NCBI RefSeq assembly: GCF_009914755.1
Contig: NC_060930.1
DNA length: 64,000 bases
Strand: one strand, 5' to 3'
Source: the human T2T-CHM13v2.0 reference genome, Homo sapiens
Below the pieces are notes generated by a model. It made no database searches. It was not told where the DNA came from and saw only the letters and a program-made list of their open reading frames with translations. Numbering within the stretch: position 1 is the first letter of the stretch; each line of letters opens with the position of its first letter. Below are positions 16,101-27,688 of this stretch, in pieces. Both the position numbers and the translations under genes were made by a program.

Positions 16101-16829
16101 CCATCCTCGATTGGACATGACATGACCAGTGAACTGGTTGAAACAGGAAGTCTCTGAACTACAAGGAAGAAAACTTCAGGGTACAAACCATGTATAAGTG
16201 GGCAGTTTGTAGTAGGTAGCTTAAATGTATGCCTCAGCGCATCTTGGCATATATATTTTTATATGTATTTTCAATATTTTCTGCTTTATTCCCAGGGTCT
16301 AGATCAGGTCCAAATGAGTTGGCAGTTGCTTGAACCCCATCAAATTATTTGTATCTCCCGAATCCACCTGGGCTTGCTTTCTTTCTCTAAGCCCCTCTCT
16401 GCCACCAGTTTGATTTCTTGTTAGACTTTTCTACATCTTTTTTGCTTACTCTCTCCCTTCCCAAATCCCAATGAGCCTCTTTTACTAATGACCTTTGAGA
16501 AGAGATTAGATGTTTGCATATTGACTTGAAATTCCAGAACTGAAACAGGTAAATTGTAAGGTTGCTTTTCACCTAATCAACAGGTCTTAACATCCTCATT
16601 CTTAGGCTTTCCTCATGTGACCTCCCCCAAGTTAGCTGGCCCCTCCTGGCAGCTCTCTGCAGCTCCCGACAACCCCTAATAGTCCTCTAGCTAGAACTGC
16701 CCAGGTTCTAGTCCCCAAAGCAACTTTTTCCGGCTACTGCTTAGAACCCTGTTTAGTCCTTTCCTCTGAGACATGAATGACTTTTCTACTACTTGTCAGT
16801 TGTTTACTCACTGTTAAAATTAACCTATC

Positions 16830-17110
16830 AGCCGGGCATGGTGGCTCACGCCTGTAATCCCAATACTTTGGGAGGCCAAGGCGGGTGGATCATGAAGTCA
16901 GGAGTTCAAAACCAGCCTGGCCAACATGGTCAAACCCCATCTCTATTAAAAATACAAAAATTAGCCAGGTGTGGTGGCAAGCCCCTGTAATCCCAGCTAC
17001 TCGGGAGGCTGAGGCAGAGAATCGCTTGAACCCGAGAGGTGGAGGTTGCAGCGAGCCTGGGTGACAGAGCAAGACTCCATCTCAAAATAAATACATAAAT
17101 AAACAAACAA
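16830..17110 (+). mobile_element. AluS (Sg-like) with ~25-bp right-arm deletion
   Basis: Junction gcagcgAGCCtgggtgac; TSD aacctatc. Confidence 0.92.
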
Positions 17111-17958
17111 ACCTATCTAAAGTTCCCTTTCCAGGCTTGCTCTCAAGAGTCAGTTTACTTTTCCAAAAATCGCTAGACTTGAAATTGAACAACTGGGGTC
17201 CAAACTCCTGTTTCTATCACTTTTAGAGCCTCTGTTTGCTCATCCATCCAGTGGATAAGTTCCTGACTCTCAAAAAAATGCTCTACTTTTCTAGCTATAA
17301 CTAATGAGATGTATATTCACAATAACTATGCAATTAGAGATGTTACATCTGGTGTAAATGAATTTTTGAATTTCTTCTTTGATCATTAAGGCTAAGACCC
17401 CTAAAGACATGAAGACCAATCTTGATTTTACATATGAAGAAAGTGCTCCTGCATACCACAGTCATTTAGTTAGTAGAAAAGCTGAGAACAAAACCAATGC
17501 TTGAGATTTCCAGTCCCTTGATTTGTTTTTCTTGTATGACATGTTGAATTTGCAAACTCAAGGAAATACAAATTAATTTAATGCTTGCTGCAAGGAACTG
17601 TGGATAGCACTGAAAATACAAAAAGAAAGCCTAGTTTCTATTCTCAAAAAGATTATGAACAAGTAGAGAATAAAGATAGGTCACTAACTAATTAATACAG
17701 GGCAGAGTGAAGTAAATGCTAAATAAAGCAAAATCTGATTGTAATTTATCTGATTCAAAAGAGGAGGTGGCATTTAACCTGGGTCTTGACAGTTATGAAA
17801 GATTTGAAGACATGGAGAAGTAGAGGGCGGGAAGAGCACTCCAGACAAAAATAATTACAAAAGTAAAACCAAAGAGTCTTGAAGGTACATGGTGAGGACT
17901 TGGAATATAGAAGAGGATAATGTTAAGTAGAGGGTAGGAATTCTAAGGAGACGTATTT

Positions 17959-18687
17959 ATTATTTATTTATTTATTTATTTATTTTTATTGTTGTACTTC
18001 AAGTTCTAGGGTACATGTGCACAACGTGCAGGTTTGTTACATATGTATCCATGTGCCATGTTGGTGTGCTGCACCCATTAACTCATCATTTACATTAGGT
18101 ATATCTCCCAATGCTACCCCTCCCCACTCCCGCCACCCCACGACAGACCCTGATGTGTGACGTTCCCCTTCCTGTGTCCAAGTGTCCTCATTGTTCAATT
18201 CCCACCTATGAGTGAGAACATACAGTGTTTGGTTTTCTGTCCTTGCGATAGTTTGCTGAGAATGATGGTTTCCAGCTTCATCCATGCCCCTACAAAGGAC
18301 ATGAAATCATCCTTTTTTATCGCTGCATAGTATTCCATGGTGTATACATGCCACATTTTCTTAATCCAGTCTATCATTGATGGACATTTGAGTTGGTTCC
18401 AAGTGTTTACTATTGTGAATAGTGCTGCAATAAACATACATGTGCATGTGTCTTTATAGCAGCATGATTTATAATCCTTTGGGTATATACCCAGTAATGG
18501 GATGGCTGGGTCAAATGGTATTTGTAGTTCTAGATCCTTGAGGAATCACCACACTGTCTTTCACAATGGTTGGACTAGTTTACAGTCCCATCAACAGTGT
18601 AAAAGTGTTCCGATTTCTCCACATCCTCTCCAGCACCTGTTGTTTCCTGACTTTTTAATGATCGCCATTCTAACTGGTATGAGATGG
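17959..18687 (-). mobile_element. 5'-truncated primate L1PA (ORF2 C-terminus + 3' UTR)
   Basis: ORF 18195-18437 reads MFIAALFTI...WIKKMW...MEYYAAIKK (L1 ORF2p end); 15-bp TSD taaggaga(c/t)gtattt at 17944-17958 and 18688-18702. Confidence 0.95.
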
Positions 18688-19954
18688 TAAGGAGATGTAT
18701 TTTGAATTTAGATTAAAACCTAACTAGTCTGGGGCCATATAGTCAAGAGTGTGGCCTTTTTTGTTGTTGTTGTTTTTTGGAAATTGATAACCATTGGAGG
18801 TAGTTAAGGAGGCAGGCGATGTGAGATAATTTAATCTTTCAACAAAGTAGCTCCTTCCAGAACTGATGTTTGGACAGATTGAAGAGCCAGAGGGCATAGA
18901 TAGTGGGAATAGAAAGAAGGGCTGGTTCTAGAAACATGCCACGTCAGGGCTGGATTTAAGTCAACAATTCTAACCTTAGGAACTTATATCATTGTTTATT
19001 TCTAAGTTATCCCCTCTGGTGTTCCAAGAAAGAATCCCTTTTAATATATGGTCACCACTTTCGATTTTGTCATTCCATGGGTACTAACCTGGTTACACCT
19101 TTCATTTATAGGATATTAGCTAAAACTAGTTTTAAAATAATTTTGGGATCATTACTGGGGAGAGGATGGGTCCTGTTGTCTACACCTCCCCCAACCGAGC
19201 AGTTTGTTTCATCATAAGCAAACCGTCTAATGATGAATCTATAATACTGGAGAGTTCATCAATCACAGTTTCAGAACATGCTCTTAATAAACAGGAAGCC
19301 CAGGAGATTTTTATAGCACATTCATGGAAATGTAAGAACAAAATCTGAGCAAGACCAAATGACTAAAATAGTTATTTTGAGTTTGAAACTTCTCACTTAC
19401 AAGTTTTGGAACTGCTTCTATACTTGGCAAAAGCCGGGTTGTCCCTTAAGTTAAAATCATCTAAACCACAATATTCCACTAGTATATATAGATACAATTT
19501 CATCCAACTGAAACCAACTAAAATTTATTTTTTATTAATAGAATATGAGGTTCATAGGCATCATCAACATTCTAAGTTGATACTTTAAGATGCACTTTGA
19601 AAAGTACTGTTTATAATTTCTCTATTTCACACCTCATCTCCATAAATTATCTCAATAATCCAAATTTTCTATGGTTCAATTTTCTCGAACCATAGGAAAA
19701 ATATAAGCCTAAGGTCTTACTCCAATTGAGAAATTAACCTGTAGAGACTAGATTTTGCATGGGCTCAAATAGCAGGCATAGGTTTAAAATTGATTGAAGG
19801 TAGATGCAGTTGGATCTCCTGTATACCAGTAAGTACCTCCTGTAATTTTCTTCCCGATGAAAAACCAAATTCTTTTGTACTTTAATGTATTTAAATGTGG
19901 CTACTGTTTATATTGACCATACTACATCATCAGAAGTTTGTAAAGTACTACAAA

Positions 19955-19956
<2 letters not shown>

Positions 19957-20006
<50 letters not shown>

Positions 20007-20025
20007 TCATACACACACTTACACA
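19957..20025. repeat. (A)n(TA)n(CA)(GA)n compound microsatellite
   Basis: Seen directly. Confidence 0.9.
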
Positions 20026-20029
20026 AACA

Positions 20030-20715
<686 letters not shown>

Positions 20716-20944
20716 CATCCCAGGACCTTGCACCGGTGACACACATAGTTGTGTATTGTGGAGCTGAAAAAGTATTGCCTAAAGTCTTTTCAGACCTTTC
20801 ATTACTAAATAGACAATAGTTCTAACATAAAAGATCTGATGTGCTAGAAACACAGCTGACAAGAATTCACGGAGTGCTATGGGCCTACTACTGTATGGTT
20901 TCAGTCTTTAGCTCACTAGATGAGAAGCCATACTAATGCTCTTG

Positions 20945-22110
20945 CGTTCATTATTCCCCCCAGTGTTTGTTTGATGCCAGTTCTATGCTAGGCAGCATGC
21001 TAAAGAAAGGGATGGATAAAACACGTTTTGCCATCAGAGAGCTTCCAGTCTCGTTTGGGCGACAGATATGTGTGCATGCCAGATAGATGTGCATATGCAT
21101 GCCAGACCCCATGATGCCAGCATAGAAGACACCTACGGAAGATTGGTGGGGAGGAGGATCCATCTTACTTGTGAGGACGGGTGTATGGAGAGCTTTGAAG
21201 GGGAGGCGGTATTTGAGCAGTCCTTGATCCATCAGTATGCTTATCAGAGAGGACTCAGAAGGGCAACATAGTTCAGAGAGAACAAGGTAAGCAAAGGTTT
21301 AGAGAAGTGAAAGCCTATGGTTTGCTAAGAAATGCACCTGAAAGACACCTGTCAAGATGCTAATAGGGGCTACCTCAGAGTGGTTGATTTGTAAATGATT
21401 TTTCCTACTTTATATAAGACTGTCATCTGTGCATTTTTTACAATAGGAATGTACTGTATTCACAATTGGAATATATATATCCACACATCTATATATGTAT
21501 ACACATATAAGTGTATATGATTTTAAAAGAAATGTAATATGGATGATTATGATTATAGCCAATAATCTATTATGACTAGGTTTAGAAAGATACAGAATAT
21601 TAAGGATTTTTATTTTATTCTGCAGGTGAGTGAGAGATAAGAAAGGCCTTTTTACAGCAGAATGACATTATCCATTGAAAAACACTTAGAGAACAGCTCA
21701 AAAGAGTATTTGATTCAGCTCCAAAATATGTTACATCAACATATGTAACAAGTCAGAGAAGAAAATAGCATTGCGGACCAGAACATTAATGAAAGGCTTT
21801 GTAGAAAGACATGAGATGAGAGCTCAACTTGGAACAGTTTGTAATAGTTAGGTAGAAGGAGAAGCATTTTAGCTGAAACAAAGCATGAGCAAAAGCAAAG
21901 TGCTGAAGACAAATGTTTCTGTTTGGAAATAATGAGAGCTGGGGATGCACAGGTGAAACCATGAGAGATTAAGGCAGCTTCTAGTTCCAAAAGGATGGCT
22001 TTGGGCTTGATTGTGTAAGCCAGTGGAGATCTTCAAGCAGAATGATGGGATAAAAATAGTTCTTGAGCAAATAAAGCTCATTCAGCAGCAGTGTTTAGGC
22101 AGATGCAGCA
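20945..22110 (-). mobile_element. Degenerate L2 fragments (with an intervening L1-like/AT-rich piece ~21330-21540)
   Basis: gttcattattc...ctatgctaggcagcatgcta; later purine-rich antisense L2-like blocks. Confidence 0.5.
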
Positions 22111-23049
22111 GGAGAGGCACTTGTCTGTATGTGGGGTGCTGATAGTGGAAGAAGTAGGAATAGAGCGGCAGAGGTAACCCATTTTAAAATTTAAAAATTT
22201 AGAAGGGCGAAGATTTGCTAGAATAAGATGGAAGGGTTAATGGTGTTTCTACTGTAGAGCAGAATTCTAAAGTCCTGATGATAACTATAAATTGCCAGAG
22301 AATCTCACTCACATGAAAATGGCAACACCAGTCCCCACTATGACTGCATGGATGTTGTGAATTTTCCAGCACTTGTGCTAGATGGGACTAACCACTTACA
22401 CTCTCCTGCTGGGGCCCCTTGGCAGCCACTGGTGCACATTTCTAAGAGGGTTGGCTAGCCTGTGGCTGTGGGAACAGTCAACTTAGCTGATCACAGGGGT
22501 GGGCCTTCAACTCTAATCTTAAACATGTCATGTGGCAGCCAACTAAGGTCATCAATGTGAATTAATATTGGAAATTGAATGCCTTAGGGTCCATTTGCAG
22601 TACATATTGGCAGGTAAAAGACATAGAGGAATAAGAGTACCATTTCCGTCAGAGCTTTTTAAAAGATGGAAGAATTGTCATAAGCAATTACAAGTTAAAT
22701 AGTCTTCATCCAGACTGATTGCTGGAGCTGACCTAGAAATCATCTCAAAGTGTTATGTGGCACGAAGCCACATCACACTGATCAGCAATTACCATGGGTA
22801 GGTAGCAGAAGTGTGTGAAAACTGTCTGGATGCCATGCTAAATATTCATAATGAAGTATTGAAGCGGAGGCTCCCCTTTGATCCTTGGCTACAAAGTTAT
22901 CAGCGATGCTAATAGAGGTGATGCATTATGAATGAAGATATGTCCATCAGGCAATCATGGAAAACCACCAAGATGCAAAAGTATAATGTTCGCAAAGTAC
23001 CTAAGCATCTTTTAAATTCCTTGATCTTACCTCCCCAGTGTGTAGAGCA

Positions 23050-23320
23050 TATTATTCCTCTTTTCAGATAAGAAACCTGAAGCTGAGAGGTTAAGCAATT
23101 TGACCAGCATCATGGTGGTGAATAGATAGTGGGAAAAACACTGGTTGGCCAAGACAGTCATGTTCGAATTTCAGCACCACCCTTATATGTAGAACCAGAG
23201 ATGCATCACTTAACCAGTCCGCCTTGCTGCCTCCTGCTGTAAAATGGTGATCACAGTAAGAGCCTACTCATCTCACAGGAGTTTTGAGAGGATCAAACAG
23301 ATAATAGGTGTGAAAGCAGG
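23050..23320. mobile_element. Two MIR fragments in opposite orientation
   Basis: ttttcagataagaaacctgaagctgagaggttaagcaatttg (-), then ctgtaaaatggtgatcacagtaagagcctactcatctcacagg (+). Confidence 0.6.
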
Positions 23321-24003
23321 ATTTAGGTGCAAGGTACCGTCAGTGTGACTAGAAGGTAAAGCTCCTATACATTTTTGAACTTGGCAGAGTCCTCCAAGGA
23401 ATACAGATCTCCTAGAACAATGTGTGTCTCACTCCGCCTGTTGCTGCAACAAAGATTCAAGAAGGAAATTACTGTATTAACCACTCAAGATGAATATTTA
23501 CCCTGGCATCATAATGCCTATCTTATAACGTTGAATCCTATACATGGTAATTAGTAATCTGCCTGTGAAATACTAATACAAAAGGTGACTTTCAGGTGGG
23601 CAAGCCATCTATTCACTAATTTTCCAAACATCACTGCTATTCATGTGTCCAGGAACTAAAGGCACAAATATAAAGAAGATATAATTGCTTTCCACAGAGT
23701 CTCAAAGTCTACAGGGGGAGATAGAGATATAAACATATATTCACAAAGCCAAGTGAGAGGTGAGGCATGAAGAAAATGCTTCAGGGTCACTGAGGGTAGA
23801 ATGAATAACTTTGGGTAGTCAAGAAAGTTATCATCAGGAGGTGCTATCTGAGTTGCAGGTTATACCAACATATAGTCTGGGAGGCCAGCAAGATAGATGT
23901 TGGGTTTGTTGCTCATTCCAATGCAACTTCAGAGTTTCTGACCCAGGCCAGAAGCACCTCACCCCTGCAACTCCCATATTGGTGACTTTCTCTTAATGTT
24001 TTC

Positions 24004-24559
24004 TGTTGAGGACCAGTCTCAACACTGCCTGTAGGATATCCAAAGTCCGGTGGTGACAAAGGATTGAGAAGAGACAAGTTAAGAGTTTATAAAGGTGGGA
24101 GCCAGGGGGCCAGTTGCAAAATGGAGGCTGCGAAAGGCCCAGAGTTTTGGTCTCCACAGTATTTATTGAGTACAGTCACTTAGATCAAAGAAGCAGATGT
24201 TCAGGACGAAACAGTGAAAGGGAGGCAATGTGTCATAGGCGTAATCTATAGCAATGGTGGTTTAAATGAATCTCCTTTGTGCTCAAACAGCATATCTTTA
24301 ACTTATCGGAGAGTAGCTAGTGGGAGAAGGCTTAACTAGGAGCCCATACGTCTGTCCACATTTCAGTGTTCTAAAGGAGTGTCTTTCTCCTTGAGCACAG
24401 TGTTTACAGGTAAGAGAGCGGGTCTCACTCTGAGCATGGGAACATGATGGCAATTAGGAGGCTTTCCTCCTCAGAGGACTCTTGTGGCTTTCCACAACTT
24501 ATTGTCCCATATTTTTATAGCCAGTTTATACAGGCACCCCACAAGCCCTTTTCCCAACA
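24004..24559 (-). mobile_element. Solo LTR14-type (ERVK, HERV-K(C4)/HML-10 group) LTR, full length
   Basis: TG...CA termini, perfect 6-bp TSD gttttc (23998-24003, 24560-24565); minus strand starts TGTTGGGAAAAGGGCTTGTGGGGTGCCTGTATAAACTGGC; minus-strand AATAAA near 24162. Confidence 0.8.
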
Positions 24560-24780
24560 GTTTTCTAAGGTCTTATGAGATGCCTGGATGGCAAAGCAGT
24601 AATTGTCTTAGCTAGGAGCCCTGGGCCCAGACCAGACCTGTGCCACCCTTACACCCCGTTTCTTCTTTTTGGGATACTCTTCAACCTTCCAATACCATTC
24701 CACCCACCCCCAGCCTTGAGAGTTGATCAGATGTCCCAAGGAGCTCGGCACTCCCACCTGTGGTTGGCCTTGGGCCCTGT

Positions 24781-25582
24781 TGAGACTGAAGAGTACCCTT
24801 GACCTTTTCATGGGCAGGAACTGGAGTGCACCAGCTCTGGGACCAGCCGACCACTTCAACACCAACAGGAATGAATTTCACTCGCTCGAACTTGCTAGGC
24901 TGAAACCCTCACAAGAGGGAGCACACAGGATAGTGGGTGCCAGGGCCGGGCCAAGCGCTTTTGGGCTCCAGCCCCATGGCAGCATTCTACGGGTGTGTTA
25001 CAGTTTTAGCTACAATTTTAGTTTTTGTAAATTTAGCAAATGTATACAATTTGCTGTCTATGGATGGCTAAGTGTTGACAGCTCAGTGGTAGGTCAGGGT
25101 GACAGCCTTCTGCACCTGCCCCTTTGATACCCAAGTTCTTGTTTGGCATCCAGAAGAATCAGATCACATGAACTGTTTGAAAGGTGATGAATGCAGAGGA
25201 TTTTATTAAGCAGTGGAAGTGGCTCTCAGAGAATCAGGAGCTGGAGAGGGGATGGTGTAGGATGAAGGTGATCTTTCCCAGAGACGACCGGGCTCCTCTC
25301 TGAAGTCATGCCATCTAAAGTTAAGCCACATCTATCTATAGTCTCCAATGCTCTGTTGCTTCTTCTCTTGGTGTTCAGCCACTTTTCTCTTTGCCAGCTG
25401 GGGTCTGGGGTTTATATGGGCACAGGATAGCAGGGCGAGGCAGGCCAAAAAGGCAACATTTGGGCTGGAAAACAGGGATAACTTTTCTCATTTAGGGCCA
25501 TAGTTTCCAGGCTTGAGGGTGGGGCTTTTGCCAGGGAACCACCCTCTTCTGCCCAGTATTTCCCTGCCTCCTGTCCATATCG
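24781..25582 (-). mobile_element. ERV1 solo LTR (LTR27/LTR28/MER52-related)
   Basis: Ends tgagactgaagag... and ...ccctgcctcctgtccatatcg; minus-strand TATA (~25411) and AATAAA (~25202); imperfect 4-bp TSD ctgt/ctat. Confidence 0.65.
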
Positions 25583-27051
25583 CTATTACCTGTCCCTTGT
25601 TCCAGGAGGGTAGGCTGCCAAGCAGTTTACCCTGCTGACCAGGATGCCATTTCTTTTATAAATCAGGTGAGATGGTTGCTAACACACTGACCCAGGGTGA
25701 CACAAATTGCTTCTATAGACAAGGACCCTGGCACCCAAGGGGTGGCCCTGGTTTGCAGGGCAGTAGATGGGCATGTTTAGCTTGTGTCTCCACAGGACTG
25801 CCCCATACTGGAAAATTTTCCCCTTACAGAGCTGATCAATATGTCAGTGTTCAGTGATTACAACAGGTCATTCCGTTACCTGCCAACTGAATACTTTCTA
25901 AAGAGGCCGGCAATACAGAAAAGTGGTCTTATGCAGTTTCTCTGATGTCATTAAAAATATTCCCTTCTACTTTTTGGTTTGTTCTTCCCTCACAAAGTCC
26001 TGTCCTACATCATTTTCTTCTTAAGAAAAAAATAACTATAACTGAACTGAAACTTCCTCATCAGCATTTTGTTGCCATATGGAGAAATAAGCTGGATGAT
26101 GAGGACCACTATTGACAGAGGCCAGCACTCTTATGGTAGGCACTGAGGAAGAAATGGAAGTAGTTTAATTAGATAAAACTATAATGGTTTTGTGTTTGTG
26201 GAGGAGGAGATCACGTGCACAGTACTTTCTAAACACACTTTATTTAAAGCTTGCTCAAGACCTCAAATAATGAAAATATCAAGTATTCAATGTAATAAGC
26301 CTTGCAAATTTCCAATCAGAATACACAGCCTTACTCAATTATGGCACTGACATAAGTATGTTTCTGTGTCTTTTTTTTTTTTTACCCTTATGAAAGGTCT
26401 TTCAAAATCCTAATTAGTATCTGCTATTTTCTAGCACCCCAAATCCACCGACAACACACACATTGTTATTTTACCACGTCCCAAAGTTAAACCACTGACT
26501 TAAAGGAAGCTACAGAGAAGGGTGAGCTCTAGGTTAATAGAAGACAAGGCCTTTCTTCCTTCTTTCTCCCTTCTCCAATCCCCTCCAAATCCCCAGTGAT
26601 AAATGTTGAAGGAGAAATCAGAGTTTCCTCCTCTTACACTGTAAATAAATTGAAAATGAAGTCCCTTCATGGGGCTTCATATTTTAAAAATTGAAAATCT
26701 AGAAAGATGTTAATTAAATTGTCAAAAACTTCTTGCCTCATTTCACTGCACGGCATAACCAGGTAGCCAGAAGCTAAATATAGCCTCTGAGTGCTATTCT
26801 TGGCTCTTAATATAGTGTTAATTATTTAATTTAAACAATATTTCAAACAGTGAGGAAGAAAACCAGTTGAAGAAGAGGTCAGAACAATCAGGTTCCATAG
26901 ACATCTCCCAGTTATTGCTATCTAATTCTCTTTATTCTCTGACGTATCTCTTATCTGTGTCTTGGACACCATGTTGCAAGTGACAAGTTGTACCGAACTT
27001 TTTAGTAGGTGTCAAACTCACCTAAATTAAATTCATTCATTTACCAAATAT

Positions 27052-27688
27052 TGAAGCGGTGCTGTTTTTCATTGCCTTATGCCAAGGAAATTGAGGACGC
27101 AGATGCACACAAGGAATGCATTTAAGAGCAGAGGTTTGATAGGCAAAACAAAGAGAAAAGAAAAAAGCTCTCTCTCCTACAGAGAGAGAGGGGCTCCCGA
27201 GTGGGTCTTCCGGTTCTGTGGTGAAATGCCCGGGGTGGGGCAGGGGTTTATAGACGAGCTTGAGAAGGCAGCTTCTGATTTACATAGGGCACAAAATATT
27301 GGTCAGACCAGGTATGCCATTTACATAGTGCGTGAAGAAGCTGGCCTCCCCACCTTAATCTTTTATTATGCAAATGGGTTCTTTACCTGGCTGGCGCCAT
27401 GTTGCCTGCTTCTTTACTGCACACATGGTTGACAAAGAAAAAGGAAGATAGAGCCTCCATGTTGAACATGCCTAGCCCCCAGGTGGCCTTTTCTTATTGG
27501 CACAGCTGCCAGCATTCACCTGTGTAAGCTTCTAGCTTGCTTATCTATGCTTGCAGCTTGATTTTTCAGGCCGTTTTTTGTTAGAAAAGAAATGATTTTG
27601 GGGCTGCTTTTTACTAAAAGGAAACCTTACTGAGGACTCTCTTACCCTCACTATCTACCTAAATAATTTATTTCTAGCTCTTCTATCA
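27052..27688 (-). mobile_element. LTR9-family (ERV1, HUERS-P3) solo LTR inserted in an L2
   Basis: Minus strand begins TGATAGAAGAGCTAGAAATAAATTATTTAGGTAGATAGTGAGGGTAAGAGAGTCCTC; CCCATTTGCATAATAAAAGATTAAGGTGGGG core; TSD atat/gtat. Confidence 0.8.

Noticed and set aside
18037-18690. ORFs as an active L1 gene
   Set aside because: Only the last ~730 bp of a 5'-truncated L1PA is present
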